64,000 nt of DNA. It comes from Bryobacteraceae bacterium (GTDB lineage: Bacteria > Acidobacteriota > Terriglobia > Bryobacterales > Bryobacteraceae). The stretch lies in NCBI GenBank assembly GCA_035552355.1, contig DASZLP010000042.1, positions 727-64,726 on the forward strand. Reading direction: 5' to 3'. Under the pieces are notes generated by a model that made no database searches, was not told the origin of the DNA, and saw nothing but the letters and a program-made list of their open reading frames with translations. A program made the translations under genes and the position numbers. Positions within the stretch are counted from its first letter, which is position 1; every line of letters begins with the position of its first letter. Of this stretch, positions 26,722 to 35,916 are shown in pieces.

Positions 26722-27136
26722 ACGACTTCACAAAGACGCCGTAATTCCGCGTTACGCGCACGGTCCCGCGGAAGATGCCGGCATGGACCTTCACAGCGTC
26801 GAGGCCGTCACGCTCGGCCCGGGCGAAGCGAAACTCGTCCCGACCGGACTCGCGATCGAGCTCCCGCCCAGCTATGAAGCGCAGATTCGCCCACGCAGCG
26901 GCCTGGCCCTGAAGCATTCGATCACGATGCCGAACAGCCCCGCGACCATCGACCCCGGATACCGCGGCGAGCTTCGTGTAATCCTTCTGAATCTCGGACG
27001 CGAGCCGTTTGAGATCCAGCCGGGCGAGCGCATCGCGCAAATGATCGTCGCGCGCTACGAAGCGGTCGAATGGGAAGAGGGCGAGCTTGGCGAATCAGTC
27101 CGCGGCGCCGGTGGCTTCGGATCGTCGGGACGATAA
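26705..27136 (+). CDS. dut: dUTP diphosphatase
   Basis: [29 protein letters not shown] and [15 protein letters not shown] motifs. TTG start at 26705 or 26711. Confidence 0.9.
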   Translation: MLLRIKRLHKDAVIPRYAHGPAEDAGMDLHSVEAVTLGPGEAKLVPTGLAIELPPSYEAQIRPRSGLALKHSITMPNSPATIDPGYRGELRVILLNLGREPFEIQPGERIAQMIVARYEAVEWEEGELGESVRGAGGFGSSGR

Positions 27137-27996
27137 CCGCCGCTCTCCCGTTCCAGCAACTTCCTCTTCCGCTCCAGCCCCCACCGGTATCCACCCATAT
27201 CCCCGCCGCTCCGAATCACCCTGTGGCACGGGATCACGATCCCTACCCGATTCGTCGCGCACGCGCGCGCCACCGCCCGCACTGCCGACGGCTGCCCGAT
27301 CCCTGCCGCCACCTCTTGATATGACTGCGTGCTCCCCGCCGGAATCGTCTGCAGATATCGCCAGACGTTCATCTGAAATGCGGTGGCCTGCAGATCGAGC
27401 GGCAGATCCAGCGAAACCCGCTCGCCTTTCAAATGCTGCTCCAGCGATTCGATCCACAGCCGGAATTGCGCCGGCCAGGGTTTGCGCATCGGCTCGATGC
27501 GCGCCTTCGGATACTCCGCGCGCAACTTCTCCAGCAGGGTGTCGTCGCGATCGCCGAACTGGACGAAGCACAGCCCGCGGTCCGTGGCCCCGATCATCAT
27601 CCGCCCGAGCGGCGACTTCACCGCCACATACGAGATCGCCGTCTCGCTGCCGCCCGCGCGGTACTGACCCGGCGTCATCCCGAGGCTTTTATCCACCCGC
27701 TCATACACACGGCTGCCGGACCCGAACCCCGCTTCGTAAATCGCGTCGGTCACCGAAGGCTGCGTTCGGAGCTGTCCCTTCAGCTGATCGACTCTGCAAC
27801 CATCGGCGAACTGTTTCGGCGTCACCCCCACCATAGCTTTGAAGCTGCGCTGAAAATGAAACGGACTGAGACCGGCGGACTCGGCGAGTTGCTTCAACCG
27901 CAACGGTTCCTGTGCGTGCGAGCGAATGTAATCGCAAACCGTCTGAATACGTGTTTCCATACGTTCAGCATCGGCGGTTTTGCGAAGCCGCGCCAT
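27055..27996 (-). CDS. Bifunctional AraC-type regulator / methylated-DNA--protein-cysteine methyltransferase (Ada/Ogt-like)
   Basis: AraC HTH ([21 protein letters not shown]) followed by an MGMT domain with [13 protein letters not shown] 27996 preferred; ATG 27960 also possible. Confidence 0.8.
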   Translation of the reverse strand: MARLRKTADAERMETRIQTVCDYIRSHAQEPLRLKQLAESAGLSPFHFQRSFKAMVGVTPKQFADGCRVDQLKGQLRTQPSVTDAIYEAGFGSGSRVYERVDKSLGMTPGQYRAGGSETAISYVAVKSPLGRMMIGATDRGLCFVQFGDRDDTLLEKLRAEYPKARIEPMRKPWPAQFRLWIESLEQHLKGERVSLDLPLDLQATAFQMNVWRYLQTIPAGSTQSYQEVAAGIGQPSAVRAVARACATNRVGIVIPCHRVIRSGGDMGGYRWGLERKRKLLERESGGYRPDDPKPPAPRTDSPSSPSSHSTAS

Positions 27997-28015
27997 CCGA
28001 TTCTTGCTGCGAACT

Positions 28016-29767
28016 CTACTCTCCGCCACGCCCGGAAGCACTCAACTGATAAAGCGCGTCGACATCCGCCTTGAAATTTTCCAGCACCTGTTTGCGCCGC
28101 ACCTTCATGGTCGCCGTCACTTCGCCATGCTCGATCGTGAACTCGCGCGGCAGAATCCGGAACCGCTTGATCTGCTCGAACGGCGCCAGTTGTTTGTTGA
28201 TGCGCGCCACGATCTTCTGCACCTCCGCCTGCACCTCGGGCGCTTCATGATGCGGAATGCCCGGATTGTGCTTTCCGCGCACCGACTCCGCAATCGCTCC
28301 ATGAATCGTAAACAGCGCCACCAGATGCGGCAACTTGTCGCCCGCCAGAACAACCTGGCTGATCAGCGGCTCGAATTTGAACATCGTCTCGACGCGGGAA
28401 GGGAAAATCTTTTTTCCGTTCGAGGAGACGATCAGTTCTTTCCGGCGGCCCGTGATGTGGATGTAACCTTCGGAATCGATCGTGCCCACGTCGCCCGTAT
28501 GCAGCCAGCCGCCGCGCAAAACCTCTGTCGTTGCATCGGGATCTTTGTAATAGCCACTCGACAGCGTCGCGCTTCGGATCAGCAACTCGCCCTCGTCTCC
28601 AATGCGGAACTCCACGCCGCGCAGGGCCTTCCCGATGCTGCCCGGCTTCGGCGCGTCGATCGGATTCAGCGCTGTCACTCCGCCCTCGGTTAGTCCATAG
28701 CCCTCGATCAGCGGCATCCCGATCGCTTCGTAAAACTCCGCGAGGTCAGGACCGAGCGGAGCCGCGCCCGAAGCCGCCACGCGCAGCCGTCCTCCGAAAC
28801 GTTCCCGAATTTTGCCGAAGATTACCCGATGTGCGATGGCCAGCGGCACGCGGATGCGCAACGGCACCGGCTCGCCTTTTCGTTTGTGCCGCGCCGCCGC
28901 CAGTCCCAGCGCGACTCCGCTGAAGAAAGCCTTCTGAAGCACGGCCGGCTTCTTCAGAATCTCCGTTCGGATGCTCGTGTAGACTCGCTCCCAGACCCGC
29001 GGCGGCGCGAGGAAGAACGTCGGACGCACCGCCTTGATCTCATGCTGCAGCTTCAGCAGGCTCTCGGCGAACGAAACCGCGCTACCGCTCAGGATCGGCA
29101 AAATCTCGACCACCACGCGCTGCGCGATGTGCGCCGAGGGCAGAAACGCGATGGTAACGTCTTCCGGTGTCAGCGGCAGCACTTCCGGACCCATGTGGAC
29201 ATTTGCCACGATCGCCCCATGCGTCACCATCACCATCTTCGGCTCGCCCGTTGCGCCGGACGTGAGGTAAAGGATCGCGTTGTCCTCCGGCGCGACCTCG
29301 GCGGGCGGCAGACCGCTCTCTCGCCCCAGCTTGCGCAACTCCTCAAGAGACAGAGCGCCTTCAGCCTCACCCGTCAGAAGAATGAACTGCGCAACCGCCG
29401 CGTCCTTCAACTTCGCGAACATCTTCGGTTCTTCGACGAACAAAGCTTTCGCGTCCGCCATCGCAATCGTGCGTTTGAGCTCTTCCGGCGGATAGCTCGG
29501 ATACAACGCCGCCGCCACCGAGCCGTTCATCAGGATTCCCTGATCGGTGAGATAAAACTCCGCGCGCGTTTCCGAACAGAGCGCGATGTGATCGCCCTTG
29601 CCCAGTCCAAGCGTCCGCAGGCCCGCCGCGATTTCGGTGGCGGTTTCAAGATACTGCGCCCACGTCCACGTGTGGACGTCTTTGCCTGCCGGTTGGCGCA
29701 GTGCGAGCCTGCCGCCAAATTGCGCGCCAGCATTGCGTAGAAGTTCAGGAACAGTTGTAGCGGTCAT
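28016..29767 (-). CDS. Long-chain-fatty-acid--CoA ligase (AMP-binding enzyme)
   Basis: LYLTSGATGEPKMV, GYGLTEGG and WLHTGDVG adenylation motifs. 583 aa. Confidence 0.85.
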   Translation of the reverse strand: MTATTVPELLRNAGAQFGGRLALRQPAGKDVHTWTWAQYLETATEIAAGLRTLGLGKGDHIALCSETRAEFYLTDQGILMNGSVAAALYPSYPPEELKRTIAMADAKALFVEEPKMFAKLKDAAVAQFILLTGEAEGALSLEELRKLGRESGLPPAEVAPEDNAILYLTSGATGEPKMVMVTHGAIVANVHMGPEVLPLTPEDVTIAFLPSAHIAQRVVVEILPILSGSAVSFAESLLKLQHEIKAVRPTFFLAPPRVWERVYTSIRTEILKKPAVLQKAFFSGVALGLAAARHKRKGEPVPLRIRVPLAIAHRVIFGKIRERFGGRLRVAASGAAPLGPDLAEFYEAIGMPLIEGYGLTEGGVTALNPIDAPKPGSIGKALRGVEFRIGDEGELLIRSATLSSGYYKDPDATTEVLRGGWLHTGDVGTIDSEGYIHITGRRKELIVSSNGKKIFPSRVETMFKFEPLISQVVLAGDKLPHLVALFTIHGAIAESVRGKHNPGIPHHEAPEVQAEVQKIVARINKQLAPFEQIKRFRILPREFTIEHGEVTATMKVRRKQVLENFKADVDALYQLSASGRGGE

Positions 29768-29777
29768 GTTTTTGTAA

Positions 29778-30509
29778 TTAAGCGTTGGCCGGCACGGGCG
29801 CTTCCCGTGCGAGTTCGGCGACGCGCTCCTGCAGCAGTCCGTTCAAACGTCCGCGATCGTGCAGCGTCATATGTGAGGTTTCGATCGGATCGCCAATGTT
29901 GATCTCAATCTCACCCGGCCGCAGCAGCCAGGAATGCATGGGCAGCACGCGCCGCGCGTTCACGATTCCCACCGGCACTATTGGGACGCCTGCCTTGATA
30001 GCGATGTAAGCCGCGCCTTCGCGGAACGGGCGCAGCCCGCTCTCGGTTCGGCCGCCCTCGGGAAACAGCAGCACCGAAATGTGCCGCTCCCGGATCAGCT
30101 TCGCGCCCTCCGCCATCGATTTCAGCGAAGCGCGCGCATCGCCCCGCACCACCGGCAGATGGCCCGCGCGCTGCAGATGCCAGCCCATGAGCGGAATTGT
30201 GAACAGACCCTTCTTCGCGAAGAAGCGGACCTCGAGCGGAAGCGCCGCGTAGAGCGACGGAATATCCATGTAGCTCGAATGATTGGAAACCACCACATAG
30301 CTGCCGTCAGGATCGAGCTTCCCGGCGCCATCGATTTTCGCCCGCACGAACGCGACCGCGAGCAGCACATGCGCCCACCGGCGCGCGAGGCGATGCTGAG
30401 TGCGCCCGTGGCGGTCCCATAGCGAGCAGATGAGCGAGATGATCCCCATGAGGATCGTCAAAATGATGACCGCAGGGGCGGAGAACAGAGTTGCACGGAG
30501 CTTCCACAC
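29778..30509 (-). CDS. plsC: 1-acyl-sn-glycerol-3-phosphate acyltransferase
   Basis: HX4D motif NHSSYMD and FPEGGRT. N-terminal TM helix. Confidence 0.85.
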   Translation of the reverse strand: MWKLRATLFSAPAVIILTILMGIISLICSLWDRHGRTQHRLARRWAHVLLAVAFVRAKIDGAGKLDPDGSYVVVSNHSSYMDIPSLYAALPLEVRFFAKKGLFTIPLMGWHLQRAGHLPVVRGDARASLKSMAEGAKLIRERHISVLLFPEGGRTESGLRPFREGAAYIAIKAGVPIVPVGIVNARRVLPMHSWLLRPGEIEINIGDPIETSHMTLHDRGRLNGLLQERVAELAREAPVPANA

Positions 30510-30630
30510 AGTTTGTAGAAATTAAAACCTGTTAGTCTGGCGCGTACGGTGAACCTCTATTATCGCTGGCGTCCGTCTTGTAAACTAACGGATTAGCGCG
30601 GCGCTTGCGCGCCTCAAATAAGGAGCCACG

Positions 30631-30957
30631 ATGCAGAGACTACTCACGTTGTTTGCCGCCGGCGCGATCGCCCTCGCCGGGACCAGCCTGTACGCGCAGA
30701 AGGGCGACGCCGCGAAAGGAAAAGAAGCCTTCGATCAGTGCAGCGTCTGTCACAATGCCGACAGCGCTGAAGTGAAGGTCGGCCCGGGGCTCAAAGGCGA
30801 ATTCAAGAAGCCGAAGATGACCAGCACGGGCAAGCCCGTCACCGATGCCAACATCCTGCAGAAGATCAACGAAGGCGGCAACGGCATGCCCGCCTATAAA
30901 GACGTTCTTTCGGACGAGGAAAAGGCCAACATCATCGCCTATCTGAAGACCCTGTAG
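30631..30957 (+). CDS. Small soluble class I c-type cytochrome
   Basis: Signal peptide, CSVCHN haem motif and distal GNGMPAY Met ligand. Shine-Dalgarno AAGGAG 7 nt upstream. Confidence 0.85.
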   Translation: MQRLLTLFAAGAIALAGTSLYAQKGDAAKGKEAFDQCSVCHNADSAEVKVGPGLKGEFKKPKMTSTGKPVTDANILQKINEGGNGMPAYKDVLSDEEKANIIAYLKTL

Positions 30958-31267
30958 AATCGCGGCGCCCGGTCATCCCCTTCAGTGGTGCTGGCTGGGC
31001 ACTCTGCCGGCACTCACCCCAGTGGCGAGGAAAGGAATCGACCTGCCCGGCGGCGCTTGCACCGCCTGCTGCCGCTTTTTGATGTTACGCATTCCCGGCG
31101 CTCCGCTCTTCTCCGCCCCGATCTCCAAAGGAGATCCACTTGCGTAGAATTGTGGTGTAGTAATACTGAAGGCGCCGGCGAGGAACTGACGGCCATACGT
31201 GTAAAGCCATGTCAATCCGCGGCCGCGGGGTAACCGTGCGCGCACCGGCAACGCTACCTATTTGAAG

Positions 31268-32725
31268 ATGGAAGAAAGCGCTAAGTTCCGCTATTTCTGG
31301 TTTAAGGCGTCTATCGTCCTCGGAGTCCTGCTGGGATTGGTGCTCCTCGTTCAGAGTGTCCTCACCTACCGGTTTGTGGCGAGCAGCATGGTTCGGCTCG
31401 AAGCCAAACGCGAGGCGGACCGCAAGCTGCAGGCCTTGATCCGTTCCACACGCCTCGGTGGCAGGCGCGATGTTGCGGCACTCCATCCGGTGATGGATGA
31501 ACTCGTTGCCGAGGCGCCGCAACAGATCGCCTGGATTCGCGTCCTCGATATAAGCGGTAAGGAGCTTGCGCAAAGCGGGAAAACGGCCGGCGCTCCCATG
31601 TGGGACCGCGCTCGCCTCGACAAGATCGTCGAGGATCGCGAACGACCGCCGGACGTGCGGGAGACGCCGGGCGGCACTGTCCTGATTACGCTGAATCCGC
31701 TGTTTGTGGGTTCGGGCCGTGCTCGCGGTCCGCGTGGCGCTCTGGCGGCGATACCCGGAGTCGGACTCGTCGAAGTCGCGATTTATCTGAACGGCGTGTC
31801 GACGCGGTTCGGGCCCCTCCGGCAGAACCTGATTGTTAACTGCTCGGCCGCGTTCGCGCTTCTGGCTGCCGTAATTGTGATCGGAATTCGTTTTCGGAAT
31901 TATCTGCGCGGCAAACAAATCGAAGAGCAGTTGGCCATGGCCAGGCTCGTTCAGTTCGATCTGCTGCCGCCCGGCAAACTGCTGACTCGCGATCTGGAGT
32001 TTGCCGCCCAGTGCGTCCCGGCCTGGCAGGTAGGCGGCGATCTTTACGACGCTTTCGAGACGGACGATCACAAAATCGCGCTGGTGCTCGGCGATGTTTC
32101 GGGCAAAGGGCTGTCGGCGGCGCTTCTGATGGGCGTTGTGCAGGGCGCGGTGCATGCGAGCAGTGCAACGGGTCCAGCGGCGAACCATGAACAGAGCGCG
32201 GAGCGGCTGAATCAGCTTCTGTGCCTGAAGACCGCGCGGGAACGGTTTGTGAGTTTGGTATGGTGCTACTTCGATCCCGCCGCTTCGACGCTGTCGTACA
32301 TCAATGCGGGTCATCAGCCGGCGCTTCTGGTCCGTCAAACCGACGGAAAGTTTGAAGTTCATCGTCTGGATGAGGGCGGCCCCGTGCTTGGTGTGCTGCC
32401 GGGCGCTATGTACCGGCAAAGCCAGATCGCGGTGCGTCCGGGCGACCTGCTCGTTGTCTTTTCGGACGGCATCTACGAAGCGCTGAACTCATCGGACCAG
32501 GAGTTTGGCGAGGATCGGATTCTCGATGTCGTAAAGGCGAACTGGACCGCCACGCCCACGCGGATCTGCGACGCTGTGCTGGCCGGTGTGCGCAACTTCC
32601 TCGGCACCACGCCGCCGCATGACGATCAGACACTAATGATCGTCCGGTTGCAGGGCGCGGCAAAAGGCTCCGATCAACCCGGCGTCCGGGAGGACTCGGC
32701 CGGAGTACCCGCCATGCGCGGATAG
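31268..32725 (+). CDS. Membrane-bound PP2C/SpoIIE-family serine phosphatase with periplasmic sensor loop
   Basis: Two TM helices flank a ~150-aa loop. GGDLYDAF, VLGDVSGKGLSAALLM and FSDGIYEA are PP2C motifs. The ORF opens at TTG 31262. Confidence 0.8.
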   Translation: MEESAKFRYFWFKASIVLGVLLGLVLLVQSVLTYRFVASSMVRLEAKREADRKLQALIRSTRLGGRRDVAALHPVMDELVAEAPQQIAWIRVLDISGKELAQSGKTAGAPMWDRARLDKIVEDRERPPDVRETPGGTVLITLNPLFVGSGRARGPRGALAAIPGVGLVEVAIYLNGVSTRFGPLRQNLIVNCSAAFALLAAVIVIGIRFRNYLRGKQIEEQLAMARLVQFDLLPPGKLLTRDLEFAAQCVPAWQVGGDLYDAFETDDHKIALVLGDVSGKGLSAALLMGVVQGAVHASSATGPAANHEQSAERLNQLLCLKTARERFVSLVWCYFDPAASTLSYINAGHQPALLVRQTDGKFEVHRLDEGGPVLGVLPGAMYRQSQIAVRPGDLLVVFSDGIYEALNSSDQEFGEDRILDVVKANWTATPTRICDAVLAGVRNFLGTTPPHDDQTLMIVRLQGAAKGSDQPGVREDSAGVPAMRG

Positions 32726-32736
32726 GCGCCACGCAT

Positions 32737-34389
32737 TCACCCGATCTTTCGGACTGTCCAGATTAACCCGATCAACGAGACCACCGCGCCGGCCATCGAA
32801 AACGACGCAGCCGGTTGTCCCGCGCGGCTTCCCCACAACAACGACGCCAGCAGCGTAGCCAGCAGGAACGCCGCCAGGACGCTCATCCACATGCTGTGGC
32901 GCCTGCGGCGGGGGCTTACCGCCTGCAGATCGAGCAGCGACGGGGTCGTGTCGGCCGCCAGCGTGACGTTGTGTTCCCGCACTTCCTCGGCCAGACGATT
33001 GGCCTGCCGCATGGTCCCGAAGGTAAGCAGTGTCAGGCCGACTGACCACTCTTTGATCACAGAGGCATCGAGCAATTGCGCGGCCTTCGCGCTGAGCTCG
33101 CGGTTCACTACCGGGCCGTGCGCAAGCGTAATGGTGTCGATCGTGGGGCCGCCGGCCGCCACCGCCTCGGCAGTCCAGTAACCGATCGCGACCAGATTGC
33201 GGTGCAGACAATCCAGAAACAGCGGACGGGCGCGCGGCAGTTCCAGCCTCGCCAGCGCCCTCCAGTTGCTTTCGAAGGCCGAGGCCGATCCGGGATACCA
33301 GAGGCGCACTTTCAGCTCCGGCTCGATTCCCGACATCAGATTCAGCAGCCGCGCGTCGAGAGACGCGGTCGACTCGCCCGCCGCCAGCGTCAGCAGAGTC
33401 TGCACCGTGACCGACGCATTGCCTTCGAGCACCGCGGCGATATACTTCATCCCCACATTGACCGACGGGGGCGGCACCGACAGCGGCCGGTTGAACCGGC
33501 GCACCGCGAGACGCATGCCGCCGGTCGGCAGGATCAGAGCGTTCGGGTCAAGCTCCGCATCGACCATGGCGAGAGTGAAGAATTGTTCCAGCACGGCGAT
33601 GGCGACCTGCGTGATCACCTCGACCGATCCGCGTGTGATCAGCGCACTCACCGGCTCGCCTTCGATCCACGGCCAGCAAAGAATGCGGTCCGTAGTGATC
33701 TCGTCGATCAGAGCCGGATAGTCGATAAGCCTCTGCTCGCGGTCGCTCCTGAGCACGGAAAGGTACCGGCGCTCGCGCCCGGACGACTCGGACGCGCGAA
33801 TCCACTGGCGGAATTGCGCGAGCACGGCGGGCGCGGTGACGCGTGCAAGATCGGGATGCCCGAGGAAACGGATGCCTGTTTCAAATTCGATGAACGCTGC
33901 CCCCGCGACCGGTTCGCGCGCCACCTGCACGACGATCGGGCTGCCGCGATGCCAACTGACATACGCCGTGCGGAAGAGAGTGGACCATGCCGGCTCGGAT
34001 TCCAGTTGCCGCGCGATATCGCCGCCATACTCGCCGAGTTCCGAGCGCAGCAGGACCGCGACGGTTTCGCGTGGCACGGGCGCAATCACCGGCTCGATGC
34101 GGCGAAGTTCCATCAGATAATCGACGCCCAGCAGATCGGCGCGCCAGCAAAGAAATTGCCCGAATGCGGCATAGAGACCGCCGAGCTCGTCGAGCGCGGC
34201 GCGTAGTTTCGCGCCGGGATGAGTTCCTTCGTCCTGCGGCGGGACCGTGACGGACCGCCAGAACCCGGTTGCCTCCAGACCGAACCGGCGAAATATGCCG
34301 GCGGCGTGATTACCCGTGTTGGTCAACGCGTGCCGGTCAACGTCACTAAGCCCACTAAAGCCGGCTGCAAGGATCCCATCCTGCCCCAC
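32737..34389 (-). CDS. UbiB/ABC1-like atypical kinase-fold protein with C-terminal TM helices, catalytic residues apparently substituted
   Basis: LRAALDELGGLYAAFGQFLCWRADLLGVDYL aligns to the UbiB N-terminal signature. CWPWIEGEPVS also aligns. C-terminal hydrophobic pair WMSVLAAFLLATLLASLLW / AVVSLIGLIWTV. Confidence 0.7.
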   Translation of the reverse strand: MGQDGILAAGFSGLSDVDRHALTNTGNHAAGIFRRFGLEATGFWRSVTVPPQDEGTHPGAKLRAALDELGGLYAAFGQFLCWRADLLGVDYLMELRRIEPVIAPVPRETVAVLLRSELGEYGGDIARQLESEPAWSTLFRTAYVSWHRGSPIVVQVAREPVAGAAFIEFETGIRFLGHPDLARVTAPAVLAQFRQWIRASESSGRERRYLSVLRSDREQRLIDYPALIDEITTDRILCWPWIEGEPVSALITRGSVEVITQVAIAVLEQFFTLAMVDAELDPNALILPTGGMRLAVRRFNRPLSVPPPSVNVGMKYIAAVLEGNASVTVQTLLTLAAGESTASLDARLLNLMSGIEPELKVRLWYPGSASAFESNWRALARLELPRARPLFLDCLHRNLVAIGYWTAEAVAAGGPTIDTITLAHGPVVNRELSAKAAQLLDASVIKEWSVGLTLLTFGTMRQANRLAEEVREHNVTLAADTTPSLLDLQAVSPRRRRHSMWMSVLAAFLLATLLASLLWGSRAGQPAASFSMAGAVVSLIGLIWTVRKIG

Positions 34390-34424
34390 ATTGGGAATGG
34401 TCCTGCTCGGATCCCGGCATCGAG

Positions 34425-34820
34425 CTAGTGAGACGCAAGCACTTCTCCAGCCGCCTGCGGCGTACTGGCCGACTTCTTGTCGTCGCTCTTGTCGGATTTG
34501 ATCATCCCGGCGATCGAATCCGTGGTTTTGCGAACCACGTCGCTGGTGTTCTGGACGATATCGCGTGGGTTCAGATTCGAAACGGTGTCGAACGTTCGCT
34601 CGACAACACCCGATCCCAGGTTCGAGATGCTTTCCACCGTCTGCTTCTTCGACTCGTCGATCTGAGCGGTAAGCGCCTCGGTCATGGAGTCGATCATCTT
34701 TTTCAGTTTCTCAATGGAATCTTTGGGGTCGACGGTCCCCACAGCCGATTGCATCTGCTGCAGGCTGTAAACCGACATGGCGGCGGACAGACGGACAAAC
34801 GAATTGATTAAATCCTGCAC
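34425..34820 (-). CDS. Small helical hypothetical protein (phasin-like composition)
   Basis: 131 aa. Amphipathic, Ser/Asp/Lys-rich, no Cys, no signal peptide. No family recognised. Confidence 0.6.
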   Translation of the reverse strand: MQDLINSFVRLSAAMSVYSLQQMQSAVGTVDPKDSIEKLKKMIDSMTEALTAQIDESKKQTVESISNLGSGVVERTFDTVSNLNPRDIVQNTSDVVRKTTDSIAGMIKSDKSDDKKSASTPQAAGEVLASH

Positions 34821-34889
34821 GGCGTCACCTCCGGAGTTTCCTGGAGCCGCAGCTTCCAGAAAGCCTATGATGTCACAAGTCCGCGCCGA

Positions 34890-35171
34890 CTACTTCCCTT
34901 TGGTGATCTTCTCCCCGGCCGCCTGCAGTTCGGCCATCAGGCTGAGGCCCTGTTTGAGCCATACGCCCGCCAGCGCCTGCGCTTTGTCGGGGAGGCCTGG
35001 GCCCGTCTCCTCGGGCACGGTGAGCATCGAGCTTACGCTTGAGACAACCTCGGAAATGCTTTTGGCTGGATTGCTCACCATCTCAAGGCTCTTCGATGCG
35101 GCTCCAATGGAAATCTCGATTCCTGTTTTCAGGAGCCCGGAAAGGATGTTGTTGTCGAATTCAGCGGCCAT
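34890..35171 (-). CDS. Small helical hypothetical protein
   Basis: 93 aa, starting 10 nt after the DinB-family stop. Helical Ser/Leu-rich sequence. No family recognised. Confidence 0.55.
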   Translation of the reverse strand: MAAEFDNNILSGLLKTGIEISIGAASKSLEMVSNPAKSISEVVSSVSSMLTVPEETGPGLPDKAQALAGVWLKQGLSLMAELQAAGEKITKGK

Positions 35172-35181
35172 ATCGGAAAAT

Positions 35182-35916
35182 TCAGTTCGTAGTGGATTTC
35201 TTAGGGAATCGAGGGCTCTCCATCACGCGGCGGATCTGGCCGTGATGCCGCTCCTCATGGGCTCGAATGATTCCGAAGATCTCAAGGATGTTGTTAGTCC
35301 CGAGCAGAGGATGGCTGAGAGTCGCCTTCCTGAGGTTGGAGGGAAGATCGCCTCGGAAGATCTCTTCAGTCTCGGCAATCGACGAAAGACAGCGCGCCCG
35401 CAGGTGCATCAGGGAATGGTATGGTGCGGGCTCCGACGACGTCGGATTGACCGCCGAAATCAGCGGCACGCGGAACATGGTCTCGCGAACCACGCGCGGC
35501 ACGAAAGCGTTGAAGATGTTCAGAGGCACGCTGAAGAGCGGCATGATGTCGCGCGGAATGAACCCGATCGACGTGTCGAGATGCTCGAATGTCAGCGCGA
35601 TGTTTGAACCGGCCCCTTCTCCCTTCTTCGCGAGCGCGATCAGGTTGCGGAAGTGCGTGCGGTAGAGCCGCTCGGTCAGCAGAAGATGCTCGACGTTTTG
35701 TCCGATCGACCAGACGCCCGGCGCAGGAAAGAAATCGCATTGCTCCTGCGTGATATCGGCGATCAGAGCGAGAGTGGCCTCGCGCGCATCGCGGTATTTG
35801 GCGAGCGCCGCCGTCCATTCGTCGCCGGCGGGCGGCGGCGCGACCAGATCGTTCACGAATCGGGAGAGCGCGCCGTCGATCGCGCGTCCGGCGGAGGTGA
35901 ATGAAAACCCGCTCAT
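35182..35916 (-). CDS. DinB-family (DinB_2) protein
   Basis: WSIGQNVEHLLLTERLY ... IIRAHEERHHGQIRRV. The start overlaps the upstream stop (ATGA). Confidence 0.8.
   Translation of the reverse strand: MSGFSFTSAGRAIDGALSRFVNDLVAPPPAGDEWTAALAKYRDAREATLALIADITQEQCDFFPAPGVWSIGQNVEHLLLTERLYRTHFRNLIALAKKGEGAGSNIALTFEHLDTSIGFIPRDIMPLFSVPLNIFNAFVPRVVRETMFRVPLISAVNPTSSEPAPYHSLMHLRARCLSSIAETEEIFRGDLPSNLRKATLSHPLLGTNNILEIFGIIRAHEERHHGQIRRVMESPRFPKKSTTN

Noticed and set aside
27055-27136. 82-nt convergent overlap between the 3' ends of dut and the Ada/Ogt-like gene
   Set aside because: The MGMT domain ends well before this. The overlap comes from a Pro/Ser-rich tail that simply runs on until the first stop in GC-rich DNA. 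It is likely of no functional significance.
30982-31251. 89-aa minus-strand ORF, and possible ncRNA, in the 300-nt gap between the cytochrome c gene and the PP2C gene
   Set aside because: The translation is low-complexity with no Shine-Dalgarno. I looked for RNase P, SRP or 6S-like cores and found none. Only a weak GGCGG/CCGCC stem followed by CGCTTTTT is present, a possible terminator of the cytochrome gene.
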